Of a DNA stretch of 64,000 bases, positions 28,045 to 37,912 are shown one piece after another. How positions within the stretch are numbered: position 1 is the first letter of the stretch; each line of letters opens with the position of its first letter. The translations under genes and the position numbers were made by a program. The notes below the pieces were generated by a model, which saw only the letters and a list, made by a program, of their open reading frames with translations, ran no database searches and was not told where the DNA came from. Source of the stretch: an uncultured delta proteobacterium (lineage in GTDB: Bacteria > Desulfobacterota > Binatia > Binatales > Binataceae); assembly GCA_963744545.1 (NCBI GenBank), contig CAVUUH010000044.1, forward strand, positions 135,343 through 199,342, given 5' to 3'.

Positions 28045-29079
28045 TCAGCGTGCACAGAAGTTGGCAATATCACTGCCGGTACTGTGGCTGATATCGGGGC
28101 AACAGGTCGGAAAGATTTCCGTGGCGTGGATCGTTCCCATCACCTGCCGGCAGCGCGCGCGTACGCCATTGTGCATGAGAAGGCGGTAGAAGTTGATCCC
28201 TTCGTCGCGGAGCGGATCACACTCATTGACGCTGATCACTGTGGGCGGGAACCCTGCGACGTCTTCGGCGGCGGCGAAGGCCGGCCAAGCTAGCGGATTG
28301 CGCGCACGAAAGGCTTCGATCCCGTAACCCATTGCGCCACGATTGTTGTGCAGGTCGAGCAGAATCTCGTTGTTTTCGGTTGAGGAAGGATATCGCGGCT
28401 GGGGCCATTCACCCGCGATATAGGGGCACAGAGCATAAAGCCCTTTGATTAATCCGAGGTCGCCGTCGCGCTTCAGTTTCAGTCCGGTGGCAAGGGTGAG
28501 ATTTCCCCCGCCGCTCTCGCCCGCGACGATAATTCGCGTGGGATCGATATTGAGCGCCGCGCTGTTAGCGTGAATCCACTTCAAGCCGGACACACAATCA
28601 TTTAGGCCGGCCGGAAACGGTGCGACTTCGGGAACCGAAGACGGGGACAGCGCATTGCGAAAGTCGACCATGGCCACGGCCACGCCGTTGGCGGCGATAA
28701 TCTTGCCCCATGCCCGGTAGTTTCCCGAGTAACACGACATCATCGTCATGCCACCGCCGTGAATATAGTAGACACACGGAGCGCGCGCGGCATTGTCAGG
28801 CCGGATGAACTGGATGTTGATTGTGTTGCCATCGGGAGCCGACGCGACGCGTTCGGTGCGAATGCTCAGCCCAGCCGATGGTGCGACGGTTTCATCTTCA
28901 AAGGCGTCGAGCATCGCTGCCAACGCCGCCGCCTGCTTTTTGCCGGATTCGCTATTCGCCGCTGCCAGCATGTCCTCGCGGCTCGCCACGTCGCCCGCAT
29001 CGGTCAGCAAACCGAGGCTGCCGAATACAGCTTTGAGACGCGGGTCGATGCGAGGATCCTCGGCAAGTTTCGAGGCCAT
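28045..29079 (-). CDS. Alpha/beta-hydrolase esterase/lipase (HSL family)
   Basis: Oxyanion HGGG (YIHGGGMTMM) and nucleophile elbow GESGGGNL. Confidence 0.8.
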   Translation of the reverse strand: MASKLAEDPRIDPRLKAVFGSLGLLTDAGDVASREDMLAAANSESGKKQAAALAAMLDAFEDETVAPSAGLSIRTERVASAPDGNTINIQFIRPDNAARAPCVYYIHGGGMTMMSCYSGNYRAWGKIIAANGVAVAMVDFRNALSPSSVPEVAPFPAGLNDCVSGLKWIHANSAALNIDPTRIIVAGESGGGNLTLATGLKLKRDGDLGLIKGLYALCPYIAGEWPQPRYPSSTENNEILLDLHNNRGAMGYGIEAFRARNPLAWPAFAAAEDVAGFPPTVISVNECDPLRDEGINFYRLLMHNGVRARCRQVMGTIHATEIFPTCCPDISHSTGSDIANFCAR

Positions 29080-29139
29080 GGCATTTTACTCCGGGATTTC
29101 TTTTTTGGTCGATCCGAATCAACGAGCTTTAGCGATGTC

Positions 29140-31221
29140 TTATCCAGGGCGGTTGCCGGCCAGGATAGATTTGGCAACCTTGACGATGTGCTCTGGAGTA
29201 AAGCCCAGCTCACGCATCACGATTTCACCCGGTGCTGAAGCACCGAAGCGGTTCAGCCCGATGATTGCGCCTTCGAGGCCCACGTAGCGCTCCCATCCTA
29301 GCGGGGAGCCTGCCTCGACACTGACTCGCGCTTTGACGCCAGGAGGAAGGACCGCGTCCTTGTAGGATTGCGGTTGCGCCTCAAACAGATCCCAGCACGG
29401 CATCGAGACCACCCGGCTTGCAACTCCCTCACGAGTCAGTTGGTTGTGCGCCTCGAGCGCGATCGACACTTCGGAACCGGTAGCGATGAGGATGAGCTTG
29501 GGCGGACCTGCGGCACAGTCGGCAAGGACATAAGCTCCTTTTGCCGTTCCTGCTGCGGGGGCCAGCGTGTTGCGGTCGAAAATGGGCAACTTCTGGCGCG
29601 TAAACACCAGCCCCACGGGACCTTCAGTATGCGCCACTGCGAGCTTCCACGCTTCCACAGTTTCGTTGGCGTCCGCGGGGCGCAGCAGCATTAGATTGGG
29701 CATCGCGCGCAGGCTGGCCAGATGTTCTATCGGCTGATGCGTGGGTCCGTCCTGGCCCAATCCGATGCTGTCGTGGGTCCACACATAGATCACGTGGGCC
29801 TTGCTCAAAGCCGCTAGTCGGATGCTCGGCCGCATGTAGTCGGAAAAGGTAAAGAAGGTGGCGGCAAAGGGCAGGACGCCGCCATGCAGGGCCATGCCCG
29901 TGGCGATACCGGCCATGGCGTGCTCGCGAATGCCGAAATGGATGTTTCGCCCGACGTACCCCGTCGGACCGCCCACCATTCCCTGGGTGGGCGGCGCACC
30001 TTCGGGCGGCGTAAAATTGGGGCTCTCGAAGTCGCCCTTGCCCTTGAGCGCGGTGCGTGTGGATGGATCGAGGTCGCCCGATCCACCAACCAGGTTGGGT
30101 ATCGCCTCGGCCAACGCGACGATGGTTTTCTGTCCGGCGTCGCGCGTCGCCATCTCGCCGTCCTTGGGCGTGAATCGGGGAAGGGCCGCTTCCCATCCCT
30201 TGGGCAGTTCACCGGCAAGCGTCTGCCGAAGCTTGTCAGCCAAATTCGGATCGGCAGCGCGCAAACCGTCCACGCGTCGATTCCACTGGGCCTCGAGGTC
30301 GCGTCCTTGCTCGACCGCCTTGCGAAATTGGGTCAAGGCCTCATCGGGAATGTAGAAGCTCTTGTCTTCAGGCCATCCCAACGTGCGCTTGGTTAATCGG
30401 ACCTCTTCGACGCCCAAGGGCTCGCCGTGGGCCTCGAAGGTGTCGTGCTTATGCGGACTGCCATAGCCGATATGTGTGCGCGCCACGATTAGCGACGGTC
30501 GGTCATCGACCGCCTTGGCCTTGGTTATAGCGCCATCAACCGCGGCAATATCCATCCCGTCTATATGCTCGACATGCCATCCATAGGCCTGGAATCGCGC
30601 GCCTACATCTTCGCTGAAGGTAACGTCGGCGCTGGCCGAGAGGGTGATCTGATTGGCGTCGTAGATCACGATCAATCGCCCGAGCCGAAACTGACCCGCT
30701 ATCGAGGCGGCTTCGGCCGCGACGCCTTCCATCATGTCGCCGTCGCTGGCCATCACGTACGTATGGTGATTCACCACTTCGTGGCCCGGCCGATTGAATG
30801 TGGCGGCCAGCCAGCGCTCCGCGATTGCCAATCCCACTGCGCTCCCAACACCTTGACCCAGCGGACCGGTGGTAACTTCCGCTCCGGGCACCACACCATA
30901 CTCGGGATGCCCCGGAGTGCGGCTTCCCCATTGGCGGAATTGCTTTATATCGTCCATGGTAAGGTCGTATCCGGTGAGGAATAGCAGGCTGTAGAGCAGC
31001 ATGCTGGCGTGTCCCGCCGACAGGACAAAGCGATCGCGATCGGGCCATTTGGGGTTGGTGGGACTGTGCCGGAGATGGCGCGTCCACAACACGTACGCCA
31101 TTGGGGCCGCGCCCAGCGGCATTCCCGGATGTCCTGAGTTCGCTTTCTGGACCGCGTCGATCGAGAGCGTCCGGATAGTGTTGATGCAGAGGTCGTCGAT
31201 TGCCTGAATCGTCGTACTCAT
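29140..31221 (-). CDS. tkt: Transketolase
   Basis: 693 aa; TPP-binding N-terminus [12 protein letters not shown] and conserved transketolase domains. Confidence 0.95.
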   Translation of the reverse strand: MSTTIQAIDDLCINTIRTLSIDAVQKANSGHPGMPLGAAPMAYVLWTRHLRHSPTNPKWPDRDRFVLSAGHASMLLYSLLFLTGYDLTMDDIKQFRQWGSRTPGHPEYGVVPGAEVTTGPLGQGVGSAVGLAIAERWLAATFNRPGHEVVNHHTYVMASDGDMMEGVAAEAASIAGQFRLGRLIVIYDANQITLSASADVTFSEDVGARFQAYGWHVEHIDGMDIAAVDGAITKAKAVDDRPSLIVARTHIGYGSPHKHDTFEAHGEPLGVEEVRLTKRTLGWPEDKSFYIPDEALTQFRKAVEQGRDLEAQWNRRVDGLRAADPNLADKLRQTLAGELPKGWEAALPRFTPKDGEMATRDAGQKTIVALAEAIPNLVGGSGDLDPSTRTALKGKGDFESPNFTPPEGAPPTQGMVGGPTGYVGRNIHFGIREHAMAGIATGMALHGGVLPFAATFFTFSDYMRPSIRLAALSKAHVIYVWTHDSIGLGQDGPTHQPIEHLASLRAMPNLMLLRPADANETVEAWKLAVAHTEGPVGLVFTRQKLPIFDRNTLAPAAGTAKGAYVLADCAAGPPKLILIATGSEVSIALEAHNQLTREGVASRVVSMPCWDLFEAQPQSYKDAVLPPGVKARVSVEAGSPLGWERYVGLEGAIIGLNRFGASAPGEIVMRELGFTPEHIVKVAKSILAGNRPG

Positions 31222-31341
31222 GACTCCCCTGAACGGCTGCGCGTGACCGCAGAGCCATATTGCGGGCTAACACGTTCGAGCAGATGTACGGTCAAAAAGA
31301 GATGCCGGCCGCCATTGCGTTTCTCGCCGGTGCGCTCGTGA

Positions 31342-31842
31342 TTAAACTTTGACTTCGCGTAATTTGCCCGTGTCCACGTCGAAAATGACGCCGCGCACGG
31401 CGACCTCTTTGGAAATCCAGGGATGCGACCTGACTTTCTTGATCTGCTCGCGGGTGTTTTGCTCGGGGTCCTTGTAGGAGAAGAAGCGCATTGGAGCCGG
31501 CGAAGCATCTCCGGTCGAAGCGCTCAGCTTCTTGTTCAGCTCGTCATCGGTGAATGTCGTGAACCCGCAGCCGGTATGGTTGAGAAGCAGTATCTCTGTG
31601 GTTCCGAGTATACGGTTGGAAACAACCAGTTCCCCGAGAACATCTTCGGTTACCGCGGGCCCGCCGGTTCGGATAACGTCAATATCGGCCTGCGGCAGAC
31701 CCAAGATTCCAGGGAGGTCTGAGAGCCGTGGATCCATGCAGGTTACAACTGCGATTTTCGGGGCGGGGCGCCCTCCCAGCTTTGGATCGTAACTTTTTGC
31801 ATAGTTGCGGTTCGCTTCCAGCGCCTTATCGATAATACTCAT
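31342..31842 (-). CDS. Beta-class carbonic anhydrase
   Basis: Zinc ligands in VVTCMDPRL and HTGCG. Confidence 0.8.
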   Translation of the reverse strand: MSIIDKALEANRNYAKSYDPKLGGRPAPKIAVVTCMDPRLSDLPGILGLPQADIDVIRTGGPAVTEDVLGELVVSNRILGTTEILLLNHTGCGFTTFTDDELNKKLSASTGDASPAPMRFFSYKDPEQNTREQIKKVRSHPWISKEVAVRGVIFDVDTGKLREVKV

Positions 31843-32030
31843 CGGTTTTCTCCTTGAGTGGCGAGTGGTGCGGCCCGAGCGCGGATTTTGCTAGTGTCGC
31901 GCTTCCGCACTCGAGGGTCAAATGCTGCTAATCGGGACCGGTTACGGCGGACTTCGCTGTTAGCCTTCGGCATTCCTCCGAGAGCTTTGTTACAATCGAC
32001 TCACAATGCGATTTCCAGGGAGGTAACGGT

Positions 32031-32975
32031 TTGATGAGTGACACCGACGGCCTTCGTTATACAAAGATACCGCTCAATAACGGCCGCGATGAGATTCCGG
32101 CACTCGGCTTTGGCACTCTGATTCCTGATCCAATCGCAACCGAAGAGGCAGTTAGGCTCTCCCTGGAGGTGGGCTTTCGTCAATTCGATTGCGCCGAGCG
32201 CTACCGAAATGAAGAACAGGTAGGCGAAGCAATGCGAGCGGTGTTCAGCAAAGGCAAGGTCAAACGGAAGGACGTCTTTGTAGGTACGAAGCTGTGGAAC
32301 AACAATCATCGCCCGGAACGCGTTAAGCCCGCCTTTGAGGCAAGTCTGAAAAGACTGCAACTGGACTATGTCGATCTATACAGCATCCATACTCCATTCG
32401 CTTTCAAACCCGGCGACGAGCAAGACCCGAGAGACAAGAACGGTGATGTGATTTACGACGACGCGACGACTCTGACGAATACCTGGAAGGCTTTGGAGAG
32501 CCTGGTCGATGAAGGTCGGTGCAAGGCGATCGGATTATCAAACGTAAATTTGGGACAGCTGAAAGAGGTGTTCGATATCGCTCGCGTAAAGCCGGCTGTC
32601 GTTCAGGTCGAATCCCATCCATATCTCCCTCAATGGGAACTGCTCGACTATTGCAAGGGGAATGGCATCGTGATACAGGCCTTCGCTTCTTTGGGTCATG
32701 GTATTGAACCCAAGTTGACCGACGATCCTGTGATCACTGTCATTGCCAAGCGCGTCAACAAAACCCACGCTCAAGTCCTACTAGCCTGGGCGATCCAGCG
32801 CGGCACGGCTCCTCTCACCACAGCTACAAGCATCCGCCACCTCGAAGAAAATTTTGATGTCTCGGCTCTTCCCGACGACGCCATCGAGGAGATCACTCAA
32901 GGGATCAGCACGCGAGTCAGGCTCAATACGGTTGTTGACACGGGCATCCCGGGGTTCATTCCCAAGGGAAGATGA
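32031..32975 (+). CDS. Aldo/keto reductase
   Basis: AKR catalytic tetrad context (D..Y..K..H): FDCAERYRNE, GTKLW, SIHTP; length 314 aa. Confidence 0.85.
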   Translation: MMSDTDGLRYTKIPLNNGRDEIPALGFGTLIPDPIATEEAVRLSLEVGFRQFDCAERYRNEEQVGEAMRAVFSKGKVKRKDVFVGTKLWNNNHRPERVKPAFEASLKRLQLDYVDLYSIHTPFAFKPGDEQDPRDKNGDVIYDDATTLTNTWKALESLVDEGRCKAIGLSNVNLGQLKEVFDIARVKPAVVQVESHPYLPQWELLDYCKGNGIVIQAFASLGHGIEPKLTDDPVITVIAKRVNKTHAQVLLAWAIQRGTAPLTTATSIRHLEENFDVSALPDDAIEEITQGISTRVRLNTVVDTGIPGFIPKGR

Positions 32976-32991
32976 ATAAAAGGTATCGAGG

Positions 32992-33864
32992 TCAGCGCGC
33001 GCTGATGCTTCGGCCGAGCGCGTCGAACAAAGCTGCGCGCATCACACCGACCGGGGGTGCGATTCGATTGAACAGCTTGAATGCGAGTTCGCCCTGATTC
33101 ACCAGCATCCCGGCGCCGTCGGCCGCATGCCGGCCGGCGGCGACGGCGGGCTTCATGAACTCGGTCGGCTCCCGCGAGTAAATCAGATCGTAGAACAAAC
33201 AATCTGTCGGGGTTGAATCGTAGTCGAGACGCGCGAATCGTCCGGTCGTCAGACCCATCGAGGTCGCATTGACGATCAATCGCGCGTCGGTTAGCAGCTC
33301 CGAGTCCATCAGCGCGTCCAGCCCGCGAGGCTCGCCCGCCGCGCGCGCTCCCTTGGCTGAAAAGCGCCGCGCAAGTGCTGCCGCGCGGGCAGGAGTGCGA
33401 TTCGCGATCACGACGCGGCTCGCGCCAAGCCGAATGCATGCGAGGACGGATGACGCAGCACCGCCCCCTGCGCCGATCACGATCGCGAGCCGCCCGCGCA
33501 ACTCGCATCCGAGATCGCGCAGGTCGCGCTCGAGACCGCGCGCATCGGTGTTGTCGCCGCGGAGCACGCCGCGCCGATTCACGACGCAGTTGACCGCGCC
33601 CAACATGCGCGCTTCACCGCTCAAGTCCTTGATCAGGCGTGCCGCAGCTTCCTTGTGCGGCACGGTCAGATTCACGCCGATGATCCCGAGCGCAGGAATC
33701 GCGCGAAGTGCCGCCGCGAGATTGCCGGCCGTGACTCGAAACGCCGCATACGTTCGGCTCATGCCGAGCGCCGCGTACGCAGCGTTGTGCATCGCAGGTG
33801 ATTTGGAATGTCCGACGGGATCGCCGAAGATCGCCGCGACCGCGATGTCGCGATTGATTGCCAA
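32992..33864 (-). CDS. aroE: Shikimate dehydrogenase
   Basis: N-terminal GDPVGHSKSPAMHN and NAD(P) binding GAGGGAAS. Confidence 0.85.
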   Translation of the reverse strand: MAINRDIAVAAIFGDPVGHSKSPAMHNAAYAALGMSRTYAAFRVTAGNLAAALRAIPALGIIGVNLTVPHKEAAARLIKDLSGEARMLGAVNCVVNRRGVLRGDNTDARGLERDLRDLGCELRGRLAIVIGAGGGAASSVLACIRLGASRVVIANRTPARAAALARRFSAKGARAAGEPRGLDALMDSELLTDARLIVNATSMGLTTGRFARLDYDSTPTDCLFYDLIYSREPTEFMKPAVAAGRHAADGAGMLVNQGELAFKLFNRIAPPVGVMRAALFDALGRSISAR

Positions 33865-33870
33865 TCGAAA

Positions 33871-34443
33871 TCAGCTCGCGACCGGATGCGCGGCGCGCTC
33901 GGCGCGCACCTCTTCCGCAGTGAATACCCAGCTATACTTCAAACCCGCGCGCGCGAACGCTTCGATTGCGCCCTCGCCGCGTTCGACCAGCGCGATTGCC
34001 GCGACTACGTTTCCGCCTGCCTCTTTCATCGCCGCGACAGCTTGCAAGCTCGATCCGCCGGTCGTGATCGTATCGTCGATCACCGCGGTCTTCAGTCCCG
34101 GCTTGAACGCGCCCTCGACGATTTGCTGCAGCCCGTGCTGCTTGGTTTCCTTGCGCACAAAAAACCCACGAATATTGACGCCGTTGCGATGCGCTGCAGC
34201 CATCACTGCGTCCGTCACCGGCAACGCGCCCGCAGCCATGCCGCCGATTTGCTCGACGCCCGCCGCAGTCGCGAGTTCAAGCACCAGTTCTCCGGCGAGA
34301 TATGCACCACGTGGAAGGTACAGCGTGCGTTTGCAATCGACGTAATAATTGGACGCGCGGCCTGACGAGAGTGTGAGTTGTCGCTCGAAATACGACTCCC
34401 GGGCGAGCATCTTCAGCAATTCGCTGCGTTCTTCGGATTTCAT
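33871..34443 (-). CDS. pyrE: Orotate phosphoribosyltransferase
   Basis: Start refined to MKSEERSELL; PRPP motif AVIDDTITTGGS. Confidence 0.85.
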   Translation of the reverse strand: MKSEERSELLKMLARESYFERQLTLSSGRASNYYVDCKRTLYLPRGAYLAGELVLELATAAGVEQIGGMAAGALPVTDAVMAAAHRNGVNIRGFFVRKETKQHGLQQIVEGAFKPGLKTAVIDDTITTGGSSLQAVAAMKEAGGNVVAAIALVERGEGAIEAFARAGLKYSWVFTAEEVRAERAAHPVAS

Positions 34444-34615
34444 AGTTGAAGCGGATCTTAACTGATGTAGCGCAGGGCACAAGAGCGATATAATTCGGGT
34501 CGCGCTAGTGATAGCGTCAAAGGTGCGCGAAGGGAACAATGTGAGGTCCGTCGGGCACCAAAAGGAGAGATAGCGATTCGCCATGAGTCCCTGACTCGGG
34601 CGCCCCGCGATATAA

Positions 34616-35683
34616 GTGATTAGCAACGATTCACCCCGTGTGATCGGAACCGGCACCGCGTTACCCTCCAACTACGTCGATCAGGAACAGCTTACCTCGC
34701 GCCTTCGGGAGCTCTGGGAGAAGCGATGGTCGGATCTGCGCCGCTTCGACAAAATCCAGGGCGCGCTCGGAATCACCGGGCGTCATCTCGCCTTGCCGAT
34801 CGAGCAATACATCCCGCTCGACACCTTCGCCAAAACCAACGAAGCATGGACGCGGGTGGCGCCCGAGGTCGGCACCGCGGCCGCTGAAATCGCGCTCAAG
34901 CGCGCCGGCGTGAAGGCTCGCGAAGTCGATCATCTGTTCTTCGTCACCGTCACCGGCATCGCCGTTCCGAGTATCGACACTCGCGTCATCAGCGCGCTCG
35001 GGATGCGCAAGGAAATCAAGCGCACTCCCATCTTCGGACTGGGGTGCGTTGCGGGAGCGGCCGGCACTGCTCGCGCCGCCGACTACATCCGTGCGTATCC
35101 GTCGGAGGTCGCGATGCTGCTGTCGGTCGAGCTGTGCTCGCTGACGCTGCAGCGCGAGGATCTTTCGATCGCGAACATCGTCGCGTCCGGCCTTTTCGGC
35201 GACGGCGCTGCTGCGATGCTGATAGGCGGCAATGCCAATGCGGAGGCCGGCCCGCAAGTACAAGCGACCCGCTCGCTCGTGTTTCCGAACACCGAAGAAA
35301 TACTCGGCTGGGAGATTGTTGACAGCGGCTTCAAAATCGTCCTGTCGTCGAAACTTACCGACCTCGTCCGCGCCAACATCCTCGATGAAGTTGATTCATT
35401 CCTTGCGACGCAAAAAATCGATCGATCGCATATCAAGCATTGGATCGCGCACGCCGGCGGTCCCAAGGTGCTCGAGACCCTCGAAGGCGCGCTCGCGCTG
35501 CCAGAGGGCGCGCTGGCGCGTTCGTGGCGCTCGCTGCAATCGGTCGGAAATCTCTCGTCAGCGTCGGTTATGTTCATCCTGGACGAACTGCTCGAAGACA
35601 ACGAAGCCGCGCCCGGCGACTACGGCTTGATCATCGGGATGGGCCCCGGGTTCTCGGTCGAGCTCGTACTACTGAAGTGGTGA
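34616..35683 (+). CDS. Type III polyketide synthase (chalcone/stilbene synthase family; alkylresorcinol/alkylpyrone synthase-like)
   Basis: Catalytic triad contexts GLGCVAGAAG (Cys), HWIAHAGGPKVLE (His), GNLSSASVMF (Asn); GTG start. Confidence 0.85.
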   Translation: MISNDSPRVIGTGTALPSNYVDQEQLTSRLRELWEKRWSDLRRFDKIQGALGITGRHLALPIEQYIPLDTFAKTNEAWTRVAPEVGTAAAEIALKRAGVKAREVDHLFFVTVTGIAVPSIDTRVISALGMRKEIKRTPIFGLGCVAGAAGTARAADYIRAYPSEVAMLLSVELCSLTLQREDLSIANIVASGLFGDGAAAMLIGGNANAEAGPQVQATRSLVFPNTEEILGWEIVDSGFKIVLSSKLTDLVRANILDEVDSFLATQKIDRSHIKHWIAHAGGPKVLETLEGALALPEGALARSWRSLQSVGNLSSASVMFILDELLEDNEAAPGDYGLIIGMGPGFSVELVLLKW

Positions 35684-35696
35684 CCTCGCTGAAGTC

Positions 35697-36161
35697 GTGA
35701 TCTCGCTCCGCACTTATCTGATCATCCTCGCGCTCCTGGTCGTCGAGCGAATCTTCGAACTGGATCGCGCGCGCCGCAATGCGCATCGCGCGTTCCAACA
35801 CGGCGCGGTCGAAGTCGGGCAGGTGCATTATCGCGTGATGGTCGCGATTCACACACTTTTCATAGTGTCGTGCGCAGTCGAGGCGATATTTTTCCCGCAC
35901 TCATTGCCGCGTATCGTCCCGTGGATCGCGCTATGCGCTGAAATCGTCGCGCAGGGGCTTCGGTACTGGGCGGTCGCGACTCTCGGCGATCGATGGAACA
36001 CGCGAATCATCGTGAGTCCCGACCGCGCTCCTGTGACCAACGGCCCGTATCGCTTCATGCGGCATCCCAATTATCTGGCGGTAGTGATCGAGATCGCGGC
36101 GGTGCCGTTGATCGGCGGCGCAATCTTCACCGCGATCGCGTTCTCGATCGCAACGCGCTGA
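35697..36161 (+). CDS. ICMT-family membrane methyltransferase, apparently frameshifted; C-terminal motif continues in another frame to 36265
   Basis: RHPNY motif in VTNGPYRFMRHPNYLAV; stop at 36159 but +2 frame 36143-36265 encodes LILAVRIPAEERAMGGRYADALGSRRRFFPGL resembling the ICMT C-terminal RI..EE...RFIP motif. Confidence 0.6.
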   Translation: MISLRTYLIILALLVVERIFELDRARRNAHRAFQHGAVEVGQVHYRVMVAIHTLFIVSCAVEAIFFPHSLPRIVPWIALCAEIVAQGLRYWAVATLGDRWNTRIIVSPDRAPVTNGPYRFMRHPNYLAVVIEIAAVPLIGGAIFTAIAFSIATR

Positions 36162-36274
36162 TTCTCGCGGTACGAATTCCCGCCGAAGAGCGCGCGATGG
36201 GCGGCCGCTATGCCGACGCGCTGGGCTCACGCCGCCGCTTCTTTCCTGGTCTGCGACACGGCTAAGATAGCCGC

Positions 36275-36952
36275 GTGTTTTTCGCACCGTTCCTTTTCTT
36301 CTATGCGATCATCTTCTTCCTCGTCCTTGCGTTCTTCTTCGTCCTGCTCGAAATCCACGTCATCAACTATGCGTTCGTGTCGCTCGGCCTGCCGCCTGAG
36401 TTGGCGTTCACGGCTCTGCTCGTGAGTCTGATTGGCAGCTACATCAACATTCCCATCACGCGCGTCGCCAACAGCCAGCCGCATCACGCCGAAGTGGTCC
36501 GCAGTTTCGGCATTCGCTACCGCGTGCCGACTCGCTACGCCACCGACTCGACCATCGTCGCGGTGAATGTCGGTGGCGCGATCGTCCCCGTACTCATCTC
36601 GCTATATCTCCTGATGCAGATGCCCTCGATAATCGTGCCTGCACTGATCGGAATCGCGATCGTTACCGCTATCGTTCATCGTTTCGCGATACCGGTGCCC
36701 GGGCTGGGAATCGCGACCCCGATGCTGATTCCGCCGATCGTCGCCGCGCTATGCGGCTACTTTCTCGGCTCGTCGCAGCATCATCGCGACGCGGTGGCAT
36801 TCATCAGCGGCGTGATCGGCACGCTCATCGGAGCCGACCTGCTCAACCTGCGCAAGTTGCGCGATTTGGGCGCGCCGGTCGCCTCGATCGGCGGCGCTGG
36901 CACCTTCGACGGAATCTTCCTGACCGGAATCGTCGCAGTGCTGTTGGCGTGA
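36275..36952 (+). CDS. Polytopic membrane protein (DUF1614-like)
   Basis: about 6 TM; C-terminal GGAGTFDGIFLTGI motif. Confidence 0.5.
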   Translation: MFFAPFLFFYAIIFFLVLAFFFVLLEIHVINYAFVSLGLPPELAFTALLVSLIGSYINIPITRVANSQPHHAEVVRSFGIRYRVPTRYATDSTIVAVNVGGAIVPVLISLYLLMQMPSIIVPALIGIAIVTAIVHRFAIPVPGLGIATPMLIPPIVAALCGYFLGSSQHHRDAVAFISGVIGTLIGADLLNLRKLRDLGAPVASIGGAGTFDGIFLTGIVAVLLA

Positions 36953-36969
36953 AAATGGTACTTTGATTT

Positions 36970-37203
36970 ATGACCGTAACTCTTTCGATCAGGAACGTTC
37001 CGGCTGCGTTGGTAAAGCGACTCAAGCGGAAGGCCGCAATACACAAGCGGTCGCTCCAAGGTGAATTGATAGCCATTCTGGAAGAAGCGGCTTCGCCAAG
37101 CCGTCTGACGGTTGATGAGCTTTGGCAGAGAGCGCGGCGACTCGGGCCTCCAACCCCCGGGGACAGCACGAAAATGATTCGTGAAGATCGAGATGCCCGA
37201 TAA
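36970..37203 (+). CDS. Ribbon-helix-helix antitoxin (FitA/VapB/Arc family)
   Basis: IRNVPAALVKRLKRKAAIHKRSLQGELIAILEEA matches Arc/FitA-type RHH antitoxins. Confidence 0.7.
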   Translation: MTVTLSIRNVPAALVKRLKRKAAIHKRSLQGELIAILEEAASPSRLTVDELWQRARRLGPPTPGDSTKMIREDRDAR

Positions 37204-37321
37204 GGTGGTAGTTGATGCCTCGGTGGTACCGGCGCCGGCGTTCGAAGAAATAGGCGGTGCCTACTTTGGTTTCGGGTCGCTCTTCAGTTCATCTGGAACG
37301 ATGTCGGGGAATTCCTCGTAA
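37193..37321 (+). pseudogene. Remnant of PIN-domain VapC toxin (N-terminal 40 codons only)
   Basis: ATG overlaps antitoxin end; MPDKVVVDASVV matches VapC N-terminus (hhhDTSVhh); premature stop, no PIN continuation in any frame. Confidence 0.4.
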
Positions 37322-37510
37322 AGACGTGTCGATAATTGACTGTTGCGCCCATGCTTTCTCCGATGAACGCCACGTACCGCTTGAATTCTTCGGCGGACAC
37401 GTCTGTCTCCATATAAGTTGCAACGTAACCAAGGCTGTTACGGATGCCAATCAGAAGGCCATCGATCCTCAACGTAACGTCTCGTTTCAAGATCTTACTC
37501 CAGCAAAAAT

Positions 37511-37912
37511 TTACGCTGGTTTGAATTTCACCAGCGTGTGATCCGGCGTCACGTCGTCGAAGAAAACTTGCACCGGCATCTCGACGCGTACCTGCTCCGG
37601 CGCCGCGACAATATTGGTCGTCATGCGCGGGCCCTCGGCCAGTTCGACGATCGCCAGCACGTACGGCGCGTCGGCGAACGCTCGGCTCGACGCTCGTCGC
37701 ACGACGGTATAGCTGTAAACTTTGCCGCGGCCGCTCACGCGCTCCCATGAGAGCTTGTCCGCGAAACATTTCGGGCATCGATCGCGCGGATAGTAGACGT
37801 ACTCGCGGCACGCGCCGCATCGCTGAATCGTCAACTCGTGGCGCCGCGCCGCTTCCCAGAACGGGCGGCTGGTCGGCGATGGCTTCGGAAGCGGTTTGTA
37901 GTATTCGCTCAT
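37511..37912 (-). CDS. DUF35 OB-fold/zinc-ribbon protein (thiolase partner)
   Basis: CxxC...CxxC ribbon (CGACREYVYYPRDRCPKC) plus OB fold; 4-nt overlap with upstream thiolase-like gene. Confidence 0.8.
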   Translation of the reverse strand: MSEYYKPLPKPSPTSRPFWEAARRHELTIQRCGACREYVYYPRDRCPKCFADKLSWERVSGRGKVYSYTVVRRASSRAFADAPYVLAIVELAEGPRMTTNIVAAPEQVRVEMPVQVFFDDVTPDHTLVKFKPA

